Positions 27,040-35,786 of a stretch of DNA of 64,000 bases are shown piece after piece. Made by a program: the position numbers and the translations under genes. This stretch comes from an uncultured Bifidobacterium sp. (GTDB taxonomy: Bacteria; Verrucomicrobiota; Verrucomicrobiia; Limisphaerales; JADLHS01), in contig CAZQNQ010000006.1 in assembly GCA_964594985.1 (NCBI GenBank), positions 1,997 through 65,996 on the forward strand, read 5' to 3'. The stretch's first letter is position 1. Every line of letters starts with the position of its first letter. The notes under the pieces are model-generated. The model searched no databases. It saw only the letters and a list, made by a program, of their open reading frames with translations, and was not told where the DNA came from.

Positions 27040-27744
27040 TCATTTTAAGTCTGTCCAGCCCTGTTTAGTTCTCGCTGCCGCAATCTTGGTCTGCACAAAT
27101 TCCAAAAATTCCTCCCGCGGCATATCGAGATACTTTTCCGGCGCGATCGCTTCGCCAAAATGGACTTCCACCTTGCGCCAGCCCTGGATGGGATGAAACC
27201 GGCCGGTCTTGGTGGAGACCAGTTGCATGTTCTCGATGAACACCGGCACGATGGGCAGGCGGGCGGCCTGGGCGATGTGATAGATCCCCGGCTGGCAGGC
27301 GGCCACGTTCACGCCGTCCCCGCGCGTGCCTTCGGGAAACACGATGAGTTGGAATTCCCGGCCCGCGCGGCCGAACTCCTCCAGTTCGCCGATGCGATTG
27401 GGATTGAGTTTGCCGCGGTCCAGCAGGAAGGCGGTGTGATTGCTCAGAAACTTCCTGATCCACGAGGCGTGCCAGACTTTTTTGTCGCCGAGTACCAGGA
27501 TCGGATAACACCGCGAGCGCCAGCACAGCGTCGCGAGCACTAGCGTATCGAGCAGGCTGATGTGGTTGACGACGAAGAGATGTTTTTGCTCACGCCGCAA
27601 CCGTTCCAGCCCGTGCGTCCGGCGGAGAAAGGGCAGGCCGAGAAAAAGATGCACCCCCAAGCCGAGCAGAAATTGGATGAACACCATGCTGCGCGTGGCG
27701 TGACGCGACACGGGTGCGCTGTTGTCTTCTGACCCGGGGTTCAT
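27040..27744 (-). CDS. Lysophospholipid (1-acyl-sn-glycerol-3-phosphate-type) acyltransferase
   Basis: Subset of ORF 27040..27858, starting at MNPGSEDNS, 5 nt after the upstream stop. HX4D motif VVNHISLLDTLV and FPEGTRG. Confidence 0.8.
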   Translation of the reverse strand: MNPGSEDNSAPVSRHATRSMVFIQFLLGLGVHLFLGLPFLRRTHGLERLRREQKHLFVVNHISLLDTLVLATLCWRSRCYPILVLGDKKVWHASWIRKFLSNHTAFLLDRGKLNPNRIGELEEFGRAGREFQLIVFPEGTRGDGVNVAACQPGIYHIAQAARLPIVPVFIENMQLVSTKTGRFHPIQGWRKVEVHFGEAIAPEKYLDMPREEFLEFVQTKIAAARTKQGWTDLK

Positions 27745-27748
27745 TCGC

Positions 27749-29404
27749 TTACTTCGTTCCTTGAGCCTGCTGCAACAGGCTCTCGATGTCCGCTTTCTCG
27801 CTCTGAAAGGCGGGTTGCGCGGCCAGCGCCGCCTGGAGGGCCTGAATCCCCTCGACATTGCGGTTCAACAACAGCAAGGCCCGCCCCTTCAAATCGGCAT
27901 TCTGATAAAACCCGGGATTGTTTGTCTCGGCTTTTTTCGCTGCGGCCAGCGCGGCGTTAGCGTCGCGGTTCTTCAAGGCGCGCCGGCCCTCGACCAAAGC
28001 CTGGTGCGCGGTCTTGGCCTTCTCGAATTCTCCGGACGCGAGCATGGGGTCGGCTGGCACTGTGAGTGCGGGTAGTTCGCGGTCAAAGTCGTTCACGTCG
28101 AACGCGACGAATTTGCCGAGTTGGTTCGGCGGTGAGGCGGCCCAGAAGATTCCCTCGCTCAGATCCATCACGGTGGCGTGCGTGGCGATGAGCGCATTGA
28201 GCGTGGCGCGATGGCCATTGCCCGCAAAGGTTCCGCCGGGCAACAACCGGTCACGGAGCATCTCGGCGGCGCGGACGGTGTTGATGGCCCCGCGATTCGT
28301 CTGGACCAATTCACTCATCCGGGCGTAACGCGGCGTGGACGTGGCTTCCTCGATGTAACGCAGGTTGCGTTTGTCGTCCTTGAGCTTCCCGGTCTGGAAA
28401 TGATTGGCCGATACGATGGAATCGCCTTCGGCCTCGCGGACGTTTGTGGCTTCCGGAGTTTTCTCCACCACCACGAATTTGCCGTCCGCCTTGCTGCCGA
28501 TGAGCCAGAGCGTCGAGACGAAGACCCGCGTGTTGCGGATGATATCGAGCGCGTTGGTGAGGTTGTGGGCTTTCTGCAACACCTCGCGCGCCACCATTGC
28601 CACGGGCGTGGCGGTCTCGCCCGGCAGGCTGGAGGGGGCGCCGTTGATCGTGATGGAAACCCCCGCGCGGTTCATGCCGGAGACGACGCCCGCCATGCTG
28701 GCCCACGCCACGGAGATGAACGGGATGCCGCCGTCGGGTTCGCACATGATGACGACGCGGTCGCGGCTGAAAACCTCCGCCGCCTCCCAATCGAAGTTGC
28801 GTCCGGTGATGAGATGGCCGTTCTCCGTCGCGCTGCCCCACGCGCCGAACGCGGTGCAGCCCGCTTTCGAGACCAGCGGGTTATCAATCATCATGTAGGA
28901 GACGTCGTGCGCGGCGTGGTAGTTGAGCATGCGGTCGTAAAAATCACCCAGCTCGGGATGGATATCTTTGCAGCCAAGTACGACGCCCAGAATCTGCTGC
29001 CGATCTTCCAGGGACACGTAGTTGCTGAGTTTGCGATTCCGATACATGATGTAGCCCCGGAGAATTTTGATCTTCCACGCCTGCGGTACGTAACCATGGA
29101 TCATGTCGAGAAACTCGTTTTCCAAGGTGTGCATCTCCTTTTCAAACAGCTTGCCCGAGGCGTAACCCATCTCGAATGGCGCGCCTTTGAGCCGGATGAC
29201 CGGCAGACCGTCGCGTTTGGAAACCCACGATTTTCCGAGCCAGGTCTTGCCCTCGCGCGTCTCCGGCTGGGCCTGCATGATCGAAACATCCGCCGGCAGC
29301 GGGGGCGGCTTGGCGATCCACAGGCGCGTCAGCAATTTGCCCGTGAGCCAGCCGCCCCCGAGGAGGATGGCCAGGACGATCAGGATTTTTTTGAGCCGCT
29401 TCAT
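27749..29404 (-). CDS. C45-family Ntn acyltransferase/hydrolase (acyl-CoA:6-APA acyltransferase-like) with C-terminal TPR region
   Basis: Signal/anchor MKRLKKILIVLAILLGGGW. Candidate nucleophile context SKAGCTAFGAWGSATENGHLITGRNFDWE, typical of the C45 family. The C-terminus has TPR-like Ala-rich repeats. Confidence 0.65.
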   Translation of the reverse strand: MKRLKKILIVLAILLGGGWLTGKLLTRLWIAKPPPLPADVSIMQAQPETREGKTWLGKSWVSKRDGLPVIRLKGAPFEMGYASGKLFEKEMHTLENEFLDMIHGYVPQAWKIKILRGYIMYRNRKLSNYVSLEDRQQILGVVLGCKDIHPELGDFYDRMLNYHAAHDVSYMMIDNPLVSKAGCTAFGAWGSATENGHLITGRNFDWEAAEVFSRDRVVIMCEPDGGIPFISVAWASMAGVVSGMNRAGVSITINGAPSSLPGETATPVAMVAREVLQKAHNLTNALDIIRNTRVFVSTLWLIGSKADGKFVVVEKTPEATNVREAEGDSIVSANHFQTGKLKDDKRNLRYIEEATSTPRYARMSELVQTNRGAINTVRAAEMLRDRLLPGGTFAGNGHRATLNALIATHATVMDLSEGIFWAASPPNQLGKFVAFDVNDFDRELPALTVPADPMLASGEFEKAKTAHQALVEGRRALKNRDANAALAAAKKAETNNPGFYQNADLKGRALLLLNRNVEGIQALQAALAAQPAFQSEKADIESLLQQAQGTK

Positions 29405-29419
29405 GTCGGGAAACTAGTT

Positions 29420-29559
29420 AACCACAGATGGACACTGATGAACCCGGATTCCAAACCGGAAAACCATGACCCGAATGCCGCGGGTTTTCGCCAATTGAAT
29501 TCGCGCCAATTCGCGCCAAGCCGTTTCCCCATCCGTGTTCATCCGTGTTCATCCGTGGT
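29420..29559. mobile_element. MITE-like element, family A, copy 2
   Basis: aaccacagatggacactgatgaacccggatt ... atccgtgttcatccgtgttcatccgtggt, with centre gaattcgcgccaattcgcgcc. Lies between the dehydratase and C45 genes. Confidence 0.55.
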
Positions 29560-29576
29560 AAAAATTCGGGTTCAGA

Positions 29577-29945
29577 TTATTTTGCCAGCAACAAAATGGT
29601 TTCGCCCGCGGCTTGTCCCGTGACGGAGAAGCTGGCGCGGACCTGAAGCATGTCGGCTTTCTCCACCAATTTCAATTCCACGCGCACGGTTTCATCGGGG
29701 ATGATGGGACGCAGAAATTTTGCCTTCGGGATTTCGCGCACGTGGAGCGGTTCGTTCCGCGTCAGTTCGGCGGCGAACCGCGCGATCTCCAGTTGAAACA
29801 TGCCGGGCAGCAGCGGGCGCGTCGGGAAATGGCCGGCGAACGTCGGATCGGTCGTGGGAAAGCGGAACTCGAACAGAGTCGCGCCGTCGGATTGAGGCAG
29901 CGGTCCGCTGAGGCGGGCGGCCGCAATCGAGTCGCGCAGGTTCAT
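29577..29945 (-). CDS. Hotdog-fold 3-hydroxyacyl-ACP dehydratase (FabZ/ApeI-like)
   Basis: FAGHFPTRPLLPGMFQLE matches the FabA/FabZ HFP..P..PG active-site region. 122 aa. Confidence 0.7.
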   Translation of the reverse strand: MNLRDSIAAARLSGPLPQSDGATLFEFRFPTTDPTFAGHFPTRPLLPGMFQLEIARFAAELTRNEPLHVREIPKAKFLRPIIPDETVRVELKLVEKADMLQVRASFSVTGQAAGETILLLAK

Positions 29946-30445
29946 GGCTTTTCCGCCTGGGTGGCGTCGAACAGGGTCGCGGGCTGGCTTCCGGGTTGGA
30001 TGTTCACGATTTGCACGTCGAGCTTATACCAACGCCGCTGGATGAGGAAATGATTTGGTCCCAGCGTCTCGCCGGGACAATTGTTCGTAATTGCGCTTCC
30101 AAATAGACAACTCACATCCGCCGCCACATAACGCTCGATCCATTTCGGCTTGAAGGCGCGACTAGATTTCATCACGTGCGCCTTTCCGTCCGGCGTCACC
30201 AGCACATCGGCCAACACTCCGCCGAAGTTTTCCGTGAGAACAAGGCGTTGTCCGTTCGTGGCGCTGGTGGCAAGGTAGCCGTTGAGAGTGAATTGTTTTC
30301 CGCCGAACACGGTCAAGAGGCCGCGCTGTGTGATGAGGGCGTCAGCGGGAAAAGTCTGGGCCGGGCGCTGAATCTGCGTGCGCGGCGCGGTGGCGCACCC
30401 CGAGAGAAAAACAACCACCGCCAGCGATAGGAATGCGATGAACAC
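29942..30445 (-). CDS. Lipoprotein (position equivalent to DUF3261/ApeN of aryl-polyene clusters)
   Basis: Subset of ORF 29942..30610. A GTG start at 30445 gives VFIAFLSLAVVVFLSGC (lipobox LSGC). The longer ORF extension runs through a REP region. The family call rests on context only. Confidence 0.45.
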   Translation of the reverse strand: MFIAFLSLAVVVFLSGCATAPRTQIQRPAQTFPADALITQRGLLTVFGGKQFTLNGYLATSATNGQRLVLTENFGGVLADVLVTPDGKAHVMKSSRAFKPKWIERYVAADVSCLFGSAITNNCPGETLGPNHFLIQRRWYKLDVQIVNIQPGSQPATLFDATQAEKP

Positions 30446-30598
30446 TCCAGCGTCTTGGAGTGCGGCGGGAAGCGAAGCGCCACGCCGCTTTCGTACGTCC
30501 AAGGAGTGTCTTTTACTTCGGGGCTGTTCGCCCGCCCGAAAGCGGTGTCGCCGCTGCGCTATGCCACCGCAGTCCAAAATCTTGCGGAACCTCGAACG
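30446..30598. repeat. Composite REP region between the LolA-like and lipoprotein genes
   Basis: Hairpins: cactccagcgtcttggagtg (a palindrome whose first 3 nt, 30443-30445, are the proposed GTG start codon of the lipoprotein gene), gcgccacgccgctttcg / cgaaagcggtgtcgccgc, and others. It gives rise to the spurious N-terminal extension of ORF 29942..30610. Confidence 0.55.
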
Positions 30599-30599
30599 G

Positions 30600-31292
30600 C
30601 TACTTTGCATCGTTCACCAGAGCTTTGATCGCCGTCAACTCCGCCGGCTTGGTTTGATCGAACGTCTTTTCGGGAAAGATCACGCCGCGCTTCTCGCGCT
30701 TGAAGATGATGCGGGTCAGATCGCCGCCGGGTTCGCGCATCACCACTTCCTTCGTCGCGGACAGGTCGGAATGCAGATGGATTTCCAGCGCGGCCAGCAT
30801 GGCGCGGACGTTCTCATCCTTCGGGATCATCGTCACCACGGTAACAGCGCCGGTGGCCACCGAGATCGTGAAATCGCTCGTGAGCGCGTCGAGCTTGCCC
30901 TGGTGCATGAGCGTCATCTGATCCATCACGCGCTTGAGCATCTGCGGGAAACCGAGTTTGAGCTTCTTCCACTGGCCGTCGGCAAACTCGAATTGCGCCA
31001 CGGACTTCTGATTGCCGAGCAGGATGGATTGATAGGGCGACGTGGTCTCCCAGCGGATCTGGCCGGGCCGATCAATCAGCATCACGCCCTCGCTCTTGAG
31101 CGGTTCGGCGAACAGTTTCAACTGCCGCTCCTGCGTGAACTCCAGATAGACCGACGTCAACGACGACATCTTCTGCTGCAGATCGGCGAGAATCGGCTTG
31201 GGGTCGGCCACGGGTGTGAGTTTTTGGGCGTCTTCGGCAATGCCGGCAGAAACGCTCAAGCTGAAGAGCAAAAATGCCAGCAAAGACGCCAT
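30600..31292 (-). CDS. LolA-like outer-membrane lipoprotein carrier protein
   Basis: Subset of ORF 30600..31874, starting at MASLLAFLLFSLSVSAG (signal peptide). EFTQERQLKLFAEPLKSEGVMLIDRPGQIRWE resembles the LolA-family core. The upstream ORF extension is made entirely of repeats. Confidence 0.6.
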   Translation of the reverse strand: MASLLAFLLFSLSVSAGIAEDAQKLTPVADPKPILADLQQKMSSLTSVYLEFTQERQLKLFAEPLKSEGVMLIDRPGQIRWETTSPYQSILLGNQKSVAQFEFADGQWKKLKLGFPQMLKRVMDQMTLMHQGKLDALTSDFTISVATGAVTVVTMIPKDENVRAMLAALEIHLHSDLSATKEVVMREPGGDLTRIIFKREKRGVIFPEKTFDQTKPAELTAIKALVNDAK

Positions 31293-31350
31293 GAAGCCGG
31301 GGCTCTTAATCTTCTCAGACCGCAGATTAAGCAAAAGATTAAGATTATGA

Positions 31351-31651
31351 TTAAGGCGTGTTTTCAAAATGGATTTATTGGCTGAGTTTGAGGGCAGCGA
31401 GTGGAATGGTTGGTGGCTCGCCCTCACCCCAGCCCTCTCCCCCAGGGAGAGGGGGATACACTCGCTGCGGCTCGACGGATTGACAGTGGCGGGTTTTACC
31501 ACGTCCAACGGCCGAGTCCAAAAGGGCGGTGCGATGCTGCTCCCTCTCCCCGGGGGAGAGGGCCGGGGTGAGGGCGGGCGTGGCACTGATTTCATGGCGG
31601 GATGCCTTGCACCCCAGCGCCGCTGGAAAACATTTTGAAAACACACCCTAA
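31351..31651. mobile_element. About 300-bp MITE-like element, family B, copy 2
   Basis: Same ends (TTAAGGCGTGTTTTCAAAATG ... CATTTTGAAAACACACCCTAA) and the same orientation as copy 1. Sits inside the minus-strand lipid operon, between the NodB and LolA-like genes. Confidence 0.7.
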
Positions 31652-31710
31652 GAGTCTGCACTACTCCACAATGGCTTTGGTCGGGTTCCTCGACCAGCGT
31701 TGGTTTTAGA

Positions 31711-31859
31711 GCCGGTTTGAAAACTCCTCGCTGGAAACCCGGAGCAAGGATGCTCCGGGCATCCGCGGGCAGGAGGCCCGCGCTACGCCGTAACGCAGGC
31801 ATCCCTGCCTGCGGGTTCGGGCGGCATCCCTGCCGCCCGTTCCGGGTTTTCAAACCGGC
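31711..31859. repeat. 149-bp element with perfect 14-nt inverted ends (GCCGGTTTGAAAAC)
   Basis: gccggtttgaaaac ... gttttcaaaccggc. The interior has gcaggcatccctgcctgc and gcggcatccctgccgc hairpins. Confidence 0.7.
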
Positions 31860-31870
31860 TCTTATGGTTT

Positions 31871-32638
31871 TCATCCTAACATTCGGTCCAGCCGCACGAC
31901 TTCGTAGCCGTGTTCGCGCAGCTTGGCGAGCAGCAATTTCACCGTCAGCACCAGTCGCTCGGCGGGAATGTTGCCATCGTGCAGCAGAATGATCGCGCCG
32001 GGTTTCAAGCCGCGTTCGATGCGTCGCACGATCTGTTCGGGATCGGTGCTGCGTCGGTCGAGGCTGCGGATGTTCCAGCCGATGACTTTCAATCGCAGCG
32101 CCGTAGCGGCGTGAAACGTGTTGGGATTCGACAAACCGACGGGCGGGCGAAAAAAGCGTGGCGTCGTACCGGTGTGCTTTTGAATCGTCTGCTGGGCGCG
32201 CGTCAACTCGGTGGTGAGCTTGCGGGTGGAATAAAAATTCGTCGCGTTGCTGTGCTCGTAGGTGTGGTTTTCCAGCAGATGACCACCACGGAGGATCTGA
32301 TTCGCCAACTCGGGGGTCGCATCCACTTTCTTGCCGATGACGAAGAACGCGGCTTCGACGTCATGTTCGCGCAACAGTTCCAGCAGGGCGGGCGTGGCGC
32401 GCGGGTCCGGGCCGTCATCGAAGGTGATTGCGACCTGGCGTTTGTCTGACTTGCCGTGACAGATAAAATCACCGAAGAAACTGAGTTGCGGAATCGCCAC
32501 GCCCAAGCCGATGGCGAGAAACAGAGTGAGAATGGAAGCATTGACCAGCACCCACTGGCCGCAAGCCAAAGCCACGGCGGCGGTCGAGGTTGCCAACAAG
32601 GCGATGAGATGAAAACGCGTCACGGCTCGACGCAGCAT
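31871..32638 (-). CDS. Polysaccharide deacetylase (NodB homology domain), membrane-anchored
   Basis: Subset of ORF 31871..32830, starting at MLRRAVTRF. Two N-terminal TM segments, then VAITFDDGPDP, HTYEH and ILLHDG (NodB motifs). Confidence 0.8.
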   Translation of the reverse strand: MLRRAVTRFHLIALLATSTAAVALACGQWVLVNASILTLFLAIGLGVAIPQLSFFGDFICHGKSDKRQVAITFDDGPDPRATPALLELLREHDVEAAFFVIGKKVDATPELANQILRGGHLLENHTYEHSNATNFYSTRKLTTELTRAQQTIQKHTGTTPRFFRPPVGLSNPNTFHAATALRLKVIGWNIRSLDRRSTDPEQIVRRIERGLKPGAIILLHDGNIPAERLVLTVKLLLAKLREHGYEVVRLDRMLG

Positions 32639-34818
32639 AGCGCCTTGCCGCCGCGCAAGGAAAGCGTGTAGAGCAACACACCGCACTGTTGTTCGCGCGC
32701 CAGTTCGACGGCTTTCGCGAAGCCCACGGCGGAGGCTGAGTAAAATTCCCCGCAATGCTGTTTGTAGGTCTGTTGCTCGATGGTGCGGCCAACGCGTTGG
32801 GACAACGCCGCGATGACCGCGTCGTAACAAGCGTCCAACTGCGGCCAGCCTTTCGCGCCGGTCACGACTGTTTTGATCCGGGTCAGGTCAACGGCCTGCG
32901 CGATCCACTCAGCCTCAAGCGCGGCGGCAAACGGGCGTTCGTAGCGGCCCAGGCGGACAGCGGTCACGCGGGCGAGCGGAGTTTTGTTCGTCGCCGGGCT
33001 GGCGAGATTCGCGATCACGGCGGCTTCGCCGGGAATCGTCTGTTCGTTCCAAAGCCCCCAGCGTTTGCCGATGGAGAGCGGATACTTGCTCAGTTCATCC
33101 ACCGCGCCGGCCAGGGCTTCATCGGCCTCGCCGTTGTTGATTTGATTCAACGCCTGCCAGAGCGCGCTTTCGAATGAAAGTTCACCCATCGTCGGCGCGG
33201 AATTCAAACCGGTTGCCCCCAGATCAATCGCAACCTGGCCGGCGGGCGCGTTGTGAACCGAGCCGGGGAAACGGGTCGGCATCGGTTCGGCTTCGTCCTT
33301 GATGAAAAGATTTTCGATGAACACCGCGCCTTCTTCCAGACAACCGAAGCCCGTGCCGATGGCAATGGCGAGTCGCTTCGTCGGATCAGCAGGATGGCTG
33401 CGGCGCGCGGCGAGGATGGCCATCTGGATGATGCGGCTGAGGCGGCGGCGTTGCGTCGGATTGAGCGTGGCCGCGTCGGCCAACGGGCCACAGGCGCGAA
33501 CGCGCACCGAGTCAGGCGGCAGCGGCGGTTGAATGGCTCGCTCCGTGATGGAATTTATTTCCGGGGCGATGACGCCCAAGCCGGTGATGAGGACGGGTGC
33601 GATGAGCGTGCCGCGGGTTTGCGGCGTCGTCTCGGGCGTGGAAAAGATCAACACGGCATTGTTGCCGCCGAAGCCGAACGAGTTGCTCATCACGTGGGTC
33701 AACTTCGCGGCGCGCAGTTCGGTGACAGGCGTGAGGCCGATGGCGGGGTCAAGTTGCGTGAAACCCGGATTCGCCGGGAGTTGCTGGCGTCGCAGCGCTT
33801 CGATGCAGACCACGGCTTCAATCGCCCCGCTCGCGGCGAGGGAGTGGCCGAAAAACCGTTTCGTGCTGGAGAACGGCGGGATGTTTTCGCCGAATAGCGA
33901 TTTAAGCGCCCGGCCTTCGGCGACGTCATTGTCGCGCGTGCCGGTGCCGTGGGCGTTCACGTAGCCGATGTCCGCCGGAGTCAGCCCGGAGCGCCGGAGT
34001 GCCGATTGCATCGCCGCGAGCGCGCCCGCGCCGTCGGGATGCGGTGCCGTGACATGATGCGCGTCGCAACTTGCACCCCAACCGCTGAGGCGGGCGAGGA
34101 TTTTTGCGCCACGTTTCCGGGCGTGTTCTTCGGCTTCGATGATCAGCACGGCCGCACCTTCGCCAAAACTCATCCCACCACGTGTGGCGTCGAAGGGACG
34201 ACAACCTTGCGAATCCACCAGCAGCAGCGAGTGAAATCCCGCCCAGGTCGTGTGTGAGAGCGAATCCGTGCCGCCGGCCAGCATCACGTCGGCCTGGCCG
34301 GATTGGATCAACTCCGCTGCGGTGGCGATGGCCAGTGCGCCGGACGAGCAGGCGGTGGCGATTGCGAAGCTCGGTCCGAGCAGACCAAACGCATCCGCCA
34401 CCAGGTCCACCGGCGAGAAGCATTCGTGAAAGCGCGTCGGACGGGCGCGCATCTTTTTCTCTTTGATGAGCGCGGTGAGAAAGCGTTCCGTGTCGTAGGT
34501 GCCGCCGACGGAACTGCCGAGCAAGACCCCGGTGCGGTCGGCGACTGATCTTGGATCGAGGTTGGCCGAGTGGAGTGCGTCACGCGCGGCGAGCCAGGCC
34601 AGTTTATCGCTGCGCGAGCCTCGCAATGGAGCGCCGAGCGCGGTGAGGTCGCGGGTGATTTCGCCGACGGGAATCTGTCCGTAGCGCGGCGAAGGAAAGA
34701 GGGTGAGGGGTTTGAGGCCGTCTTGACCGGCGGCGATGGCGGCCCAGATTTCGTCCGCGCCACTGCCGGGGGCGGCGATGACGCCCAGGCCGGTGATGAC
34801 TGGGAAGCGGTCGGCCAC
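32620..34818 (-). CDS. Fused beta-ketoacyl synthase + KS-like (chain-length-factor-like) domain
   Basis: The N-terminal half has the active-site Cys context ATACSSGALAI, plus HVTAPHPDG, NAHGTGT and GHSLAASG. The C-terminal half is KS-like but lacks the Cys context (APTMGELSFESAL). Confidence 0.85.
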   Translation of the reverse strand: MADRFPVITGLGVIAAPGSGADEIWAAIAAGQDGLKPLTLFPSPRYGQIPVGEITRDLTALGAPLRGSRSDKLAWLAARDALHSANLDPRSVADRTGVLLGSSVGGTYDTERFLTALIKEKKMRARPTRFHECFSPVDLVADAFGLLGPSFAIATACSSGALAIATAAELIQSGQADVMLAGGTDSLSHTTWAGFHSLLLVDSQGCRPFDATRGGMSFGEGAAVLIIEAEEHARKRGAKILARLSGWGASCDAHHVTAPHPDGAGALAAMQSALRRSGLTPADIGYVNAHGTGTRDNDVAEGRALKSLFGENIPPFSSTKRFFGHSLAASGAIEAVVCIEALRRQQLPANPGFTQLDPAIGLTPVTELRAAKLTHVMSNSFGFGGNNAVLIFSTPETTPQTRGTLIAPVLITGLGVIAPEINSITERAIQPPLPPDSVRVRACGPLADAATLNPTQRRRLSRIIQMAILAARRSHPADPTKRLAIAIGTGFGCLEEGAVFIENLFIKDEAEPMPTRFPGSVHNAPAGQVAIDLGATGLNSAPTMGELSFESALWQALNQINNGEADEALAGAVDELSKYPLSIGKRWGLWNEQTIPGEAAVIANLASPATNKTPLARVTAVRLGRYERPFAAALEAEWIAQAVDLTRIKTVVTGAKGWPQLDACYDAVIAALSQRVGRTIEQQTYKQHCGEFYSASAVGFAKAVELAREQQCGVLLYTLSLRGGKALCCVEP

Positions 34819-34937
34819 TTAGAAGGAGCGGGAAGCGAACGGAGCGCGGGCTTTAGCCCGCTGCAACGCCGCGGTTTGGGAGATTTGTGGAGCCAGTGAC
34901 ATGGCGAAAGTTGAAGCGGCGTAAACGCCGCGCTTCG

Positions 34938-35195
34938 TCAGGTGCCGCGCCGGGCTTCGATGAAGTCCGCCAGCGTGCGGACGGAGCGGAAGGCGGGCCG
35001 GCCCTCCTCGATGTCCTTGATGACGATGCCGTAATTTTTTTCGAGCATCACCACAAGTTCCAGCGCATCAATGGAGTCCAGCCCCAGACCCGCGCCAAAC
35101 AGCGGCGCTTCATCTTCGATCTGGTCCGGGCTGATGTCCTGCAGGTTGAGCGATTCGATGATTCGCGCCTTTAATTCCGTCGTTGGGATGGCCAT
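34938..35195 (-). CDS. Acyl carrier protein
   Basis: 85 aa with LGLDSIDALELVVMLE (DSxD phosphopantetheine site). Confidence 0.85.
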   Translation of the reverse strand: MAIPTTELKARIIESLNLQDISPDQIEDEAPLFGAGLGLDSIDALELVVMLEKNYGIVIKDIEEGRPAFRSVRTLADFIEARRGT

Positions 35196-35198
35196 GGC

Positions 35199-35786
35199 TT
35201 ACTTCGTCAGATTTTGCGGGCGCAGGGTAGCACAGAGCGCTTCCATGTCACGGCGATTTTCCCCCAGTTCGGTCCCGCCCGGCCCGGTTCGGCTCAACAG
35301 CACCGCAACGGCCCGCGCAACTTCAGGTGCAGGAATCATCTTTGTTAGCGCGGGTGAAACAATGTGCGTAAAAACGGCGACGCAGGCATCGGCCTCGCCG
35401 GTGCGCAATAACTCCGCCGCTTCCGGCAAAACATCCTGGCTGCCACCGACGAAGCAGAGATTCGGGCCGGTGAGGCGATGGCGGATGGCGATCTCGCCGA
35501 TGGCGGCACTGGGCAGCGTGTAGGTGAACAGCGTCGGGCTGAGGCCGCCGGGTTCATTGCGGGCATTCCAGAAGGCGACATCCGTGGGCAACGACCCGGT
35601 CTGCGCCGCGAGCACGATGGCGATGCGATCGCGGGCGAATGTTTCGAAGTGCGGCGCGAACGGTTCGACCACGAGCAAGCTGAGTTGGCTCGCCAGATCC
35701 ATGCGCCCGAACCGCGTGCCTAGCCGGGCATTGGCAACATCGGCGCTCGTGACAGAACTGGTGGCGAGGATGAAGGCGTTACTCAT
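35199..35786 (-). CDS. KS N-terminal-like small protein (possible chain-length factor/partner subunit)
   Basis: 195 aa. It overlaps the upstream KS gene by 8 nt. It shows weak KS-N-terminal-like features (LSPTLFTYTLPSAAIGEIAIRHRLTGPN). The call rests mostly on context. Confidence 0.45.
   Translation of the reverse strand: MSNAFILATSSVTSADVANARLGTRFGRMDLASQLSLLVVEPFAPHFETFARDRIAIVLAAQTGSLPTDVAFWNARNEPGGLSPTLFTYTLPSAAIGEIAIRHRLTGPNLCFVGGSQDVLPEAAELLRTGEADACVAVFTHIVSPALTKMIPAPEVARAVAVLLSRTGPGGTELGENRRDMEALCATLRPQNLTK

Noticed and set aside
28178-29623. 481-aa plus-strand ORF
   Set aside because: It is antisense to the C45 acyltransferase gene and has no motifs.
31293-31874. N-terminal 194 codons of ORF 30600..31874 (the LolA-like gene)
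   Set aside because: They are encoded entirely by the family B MITE copy and the 149-bp palindromic element. A proper signal peptide begins at the ATG at 31292.
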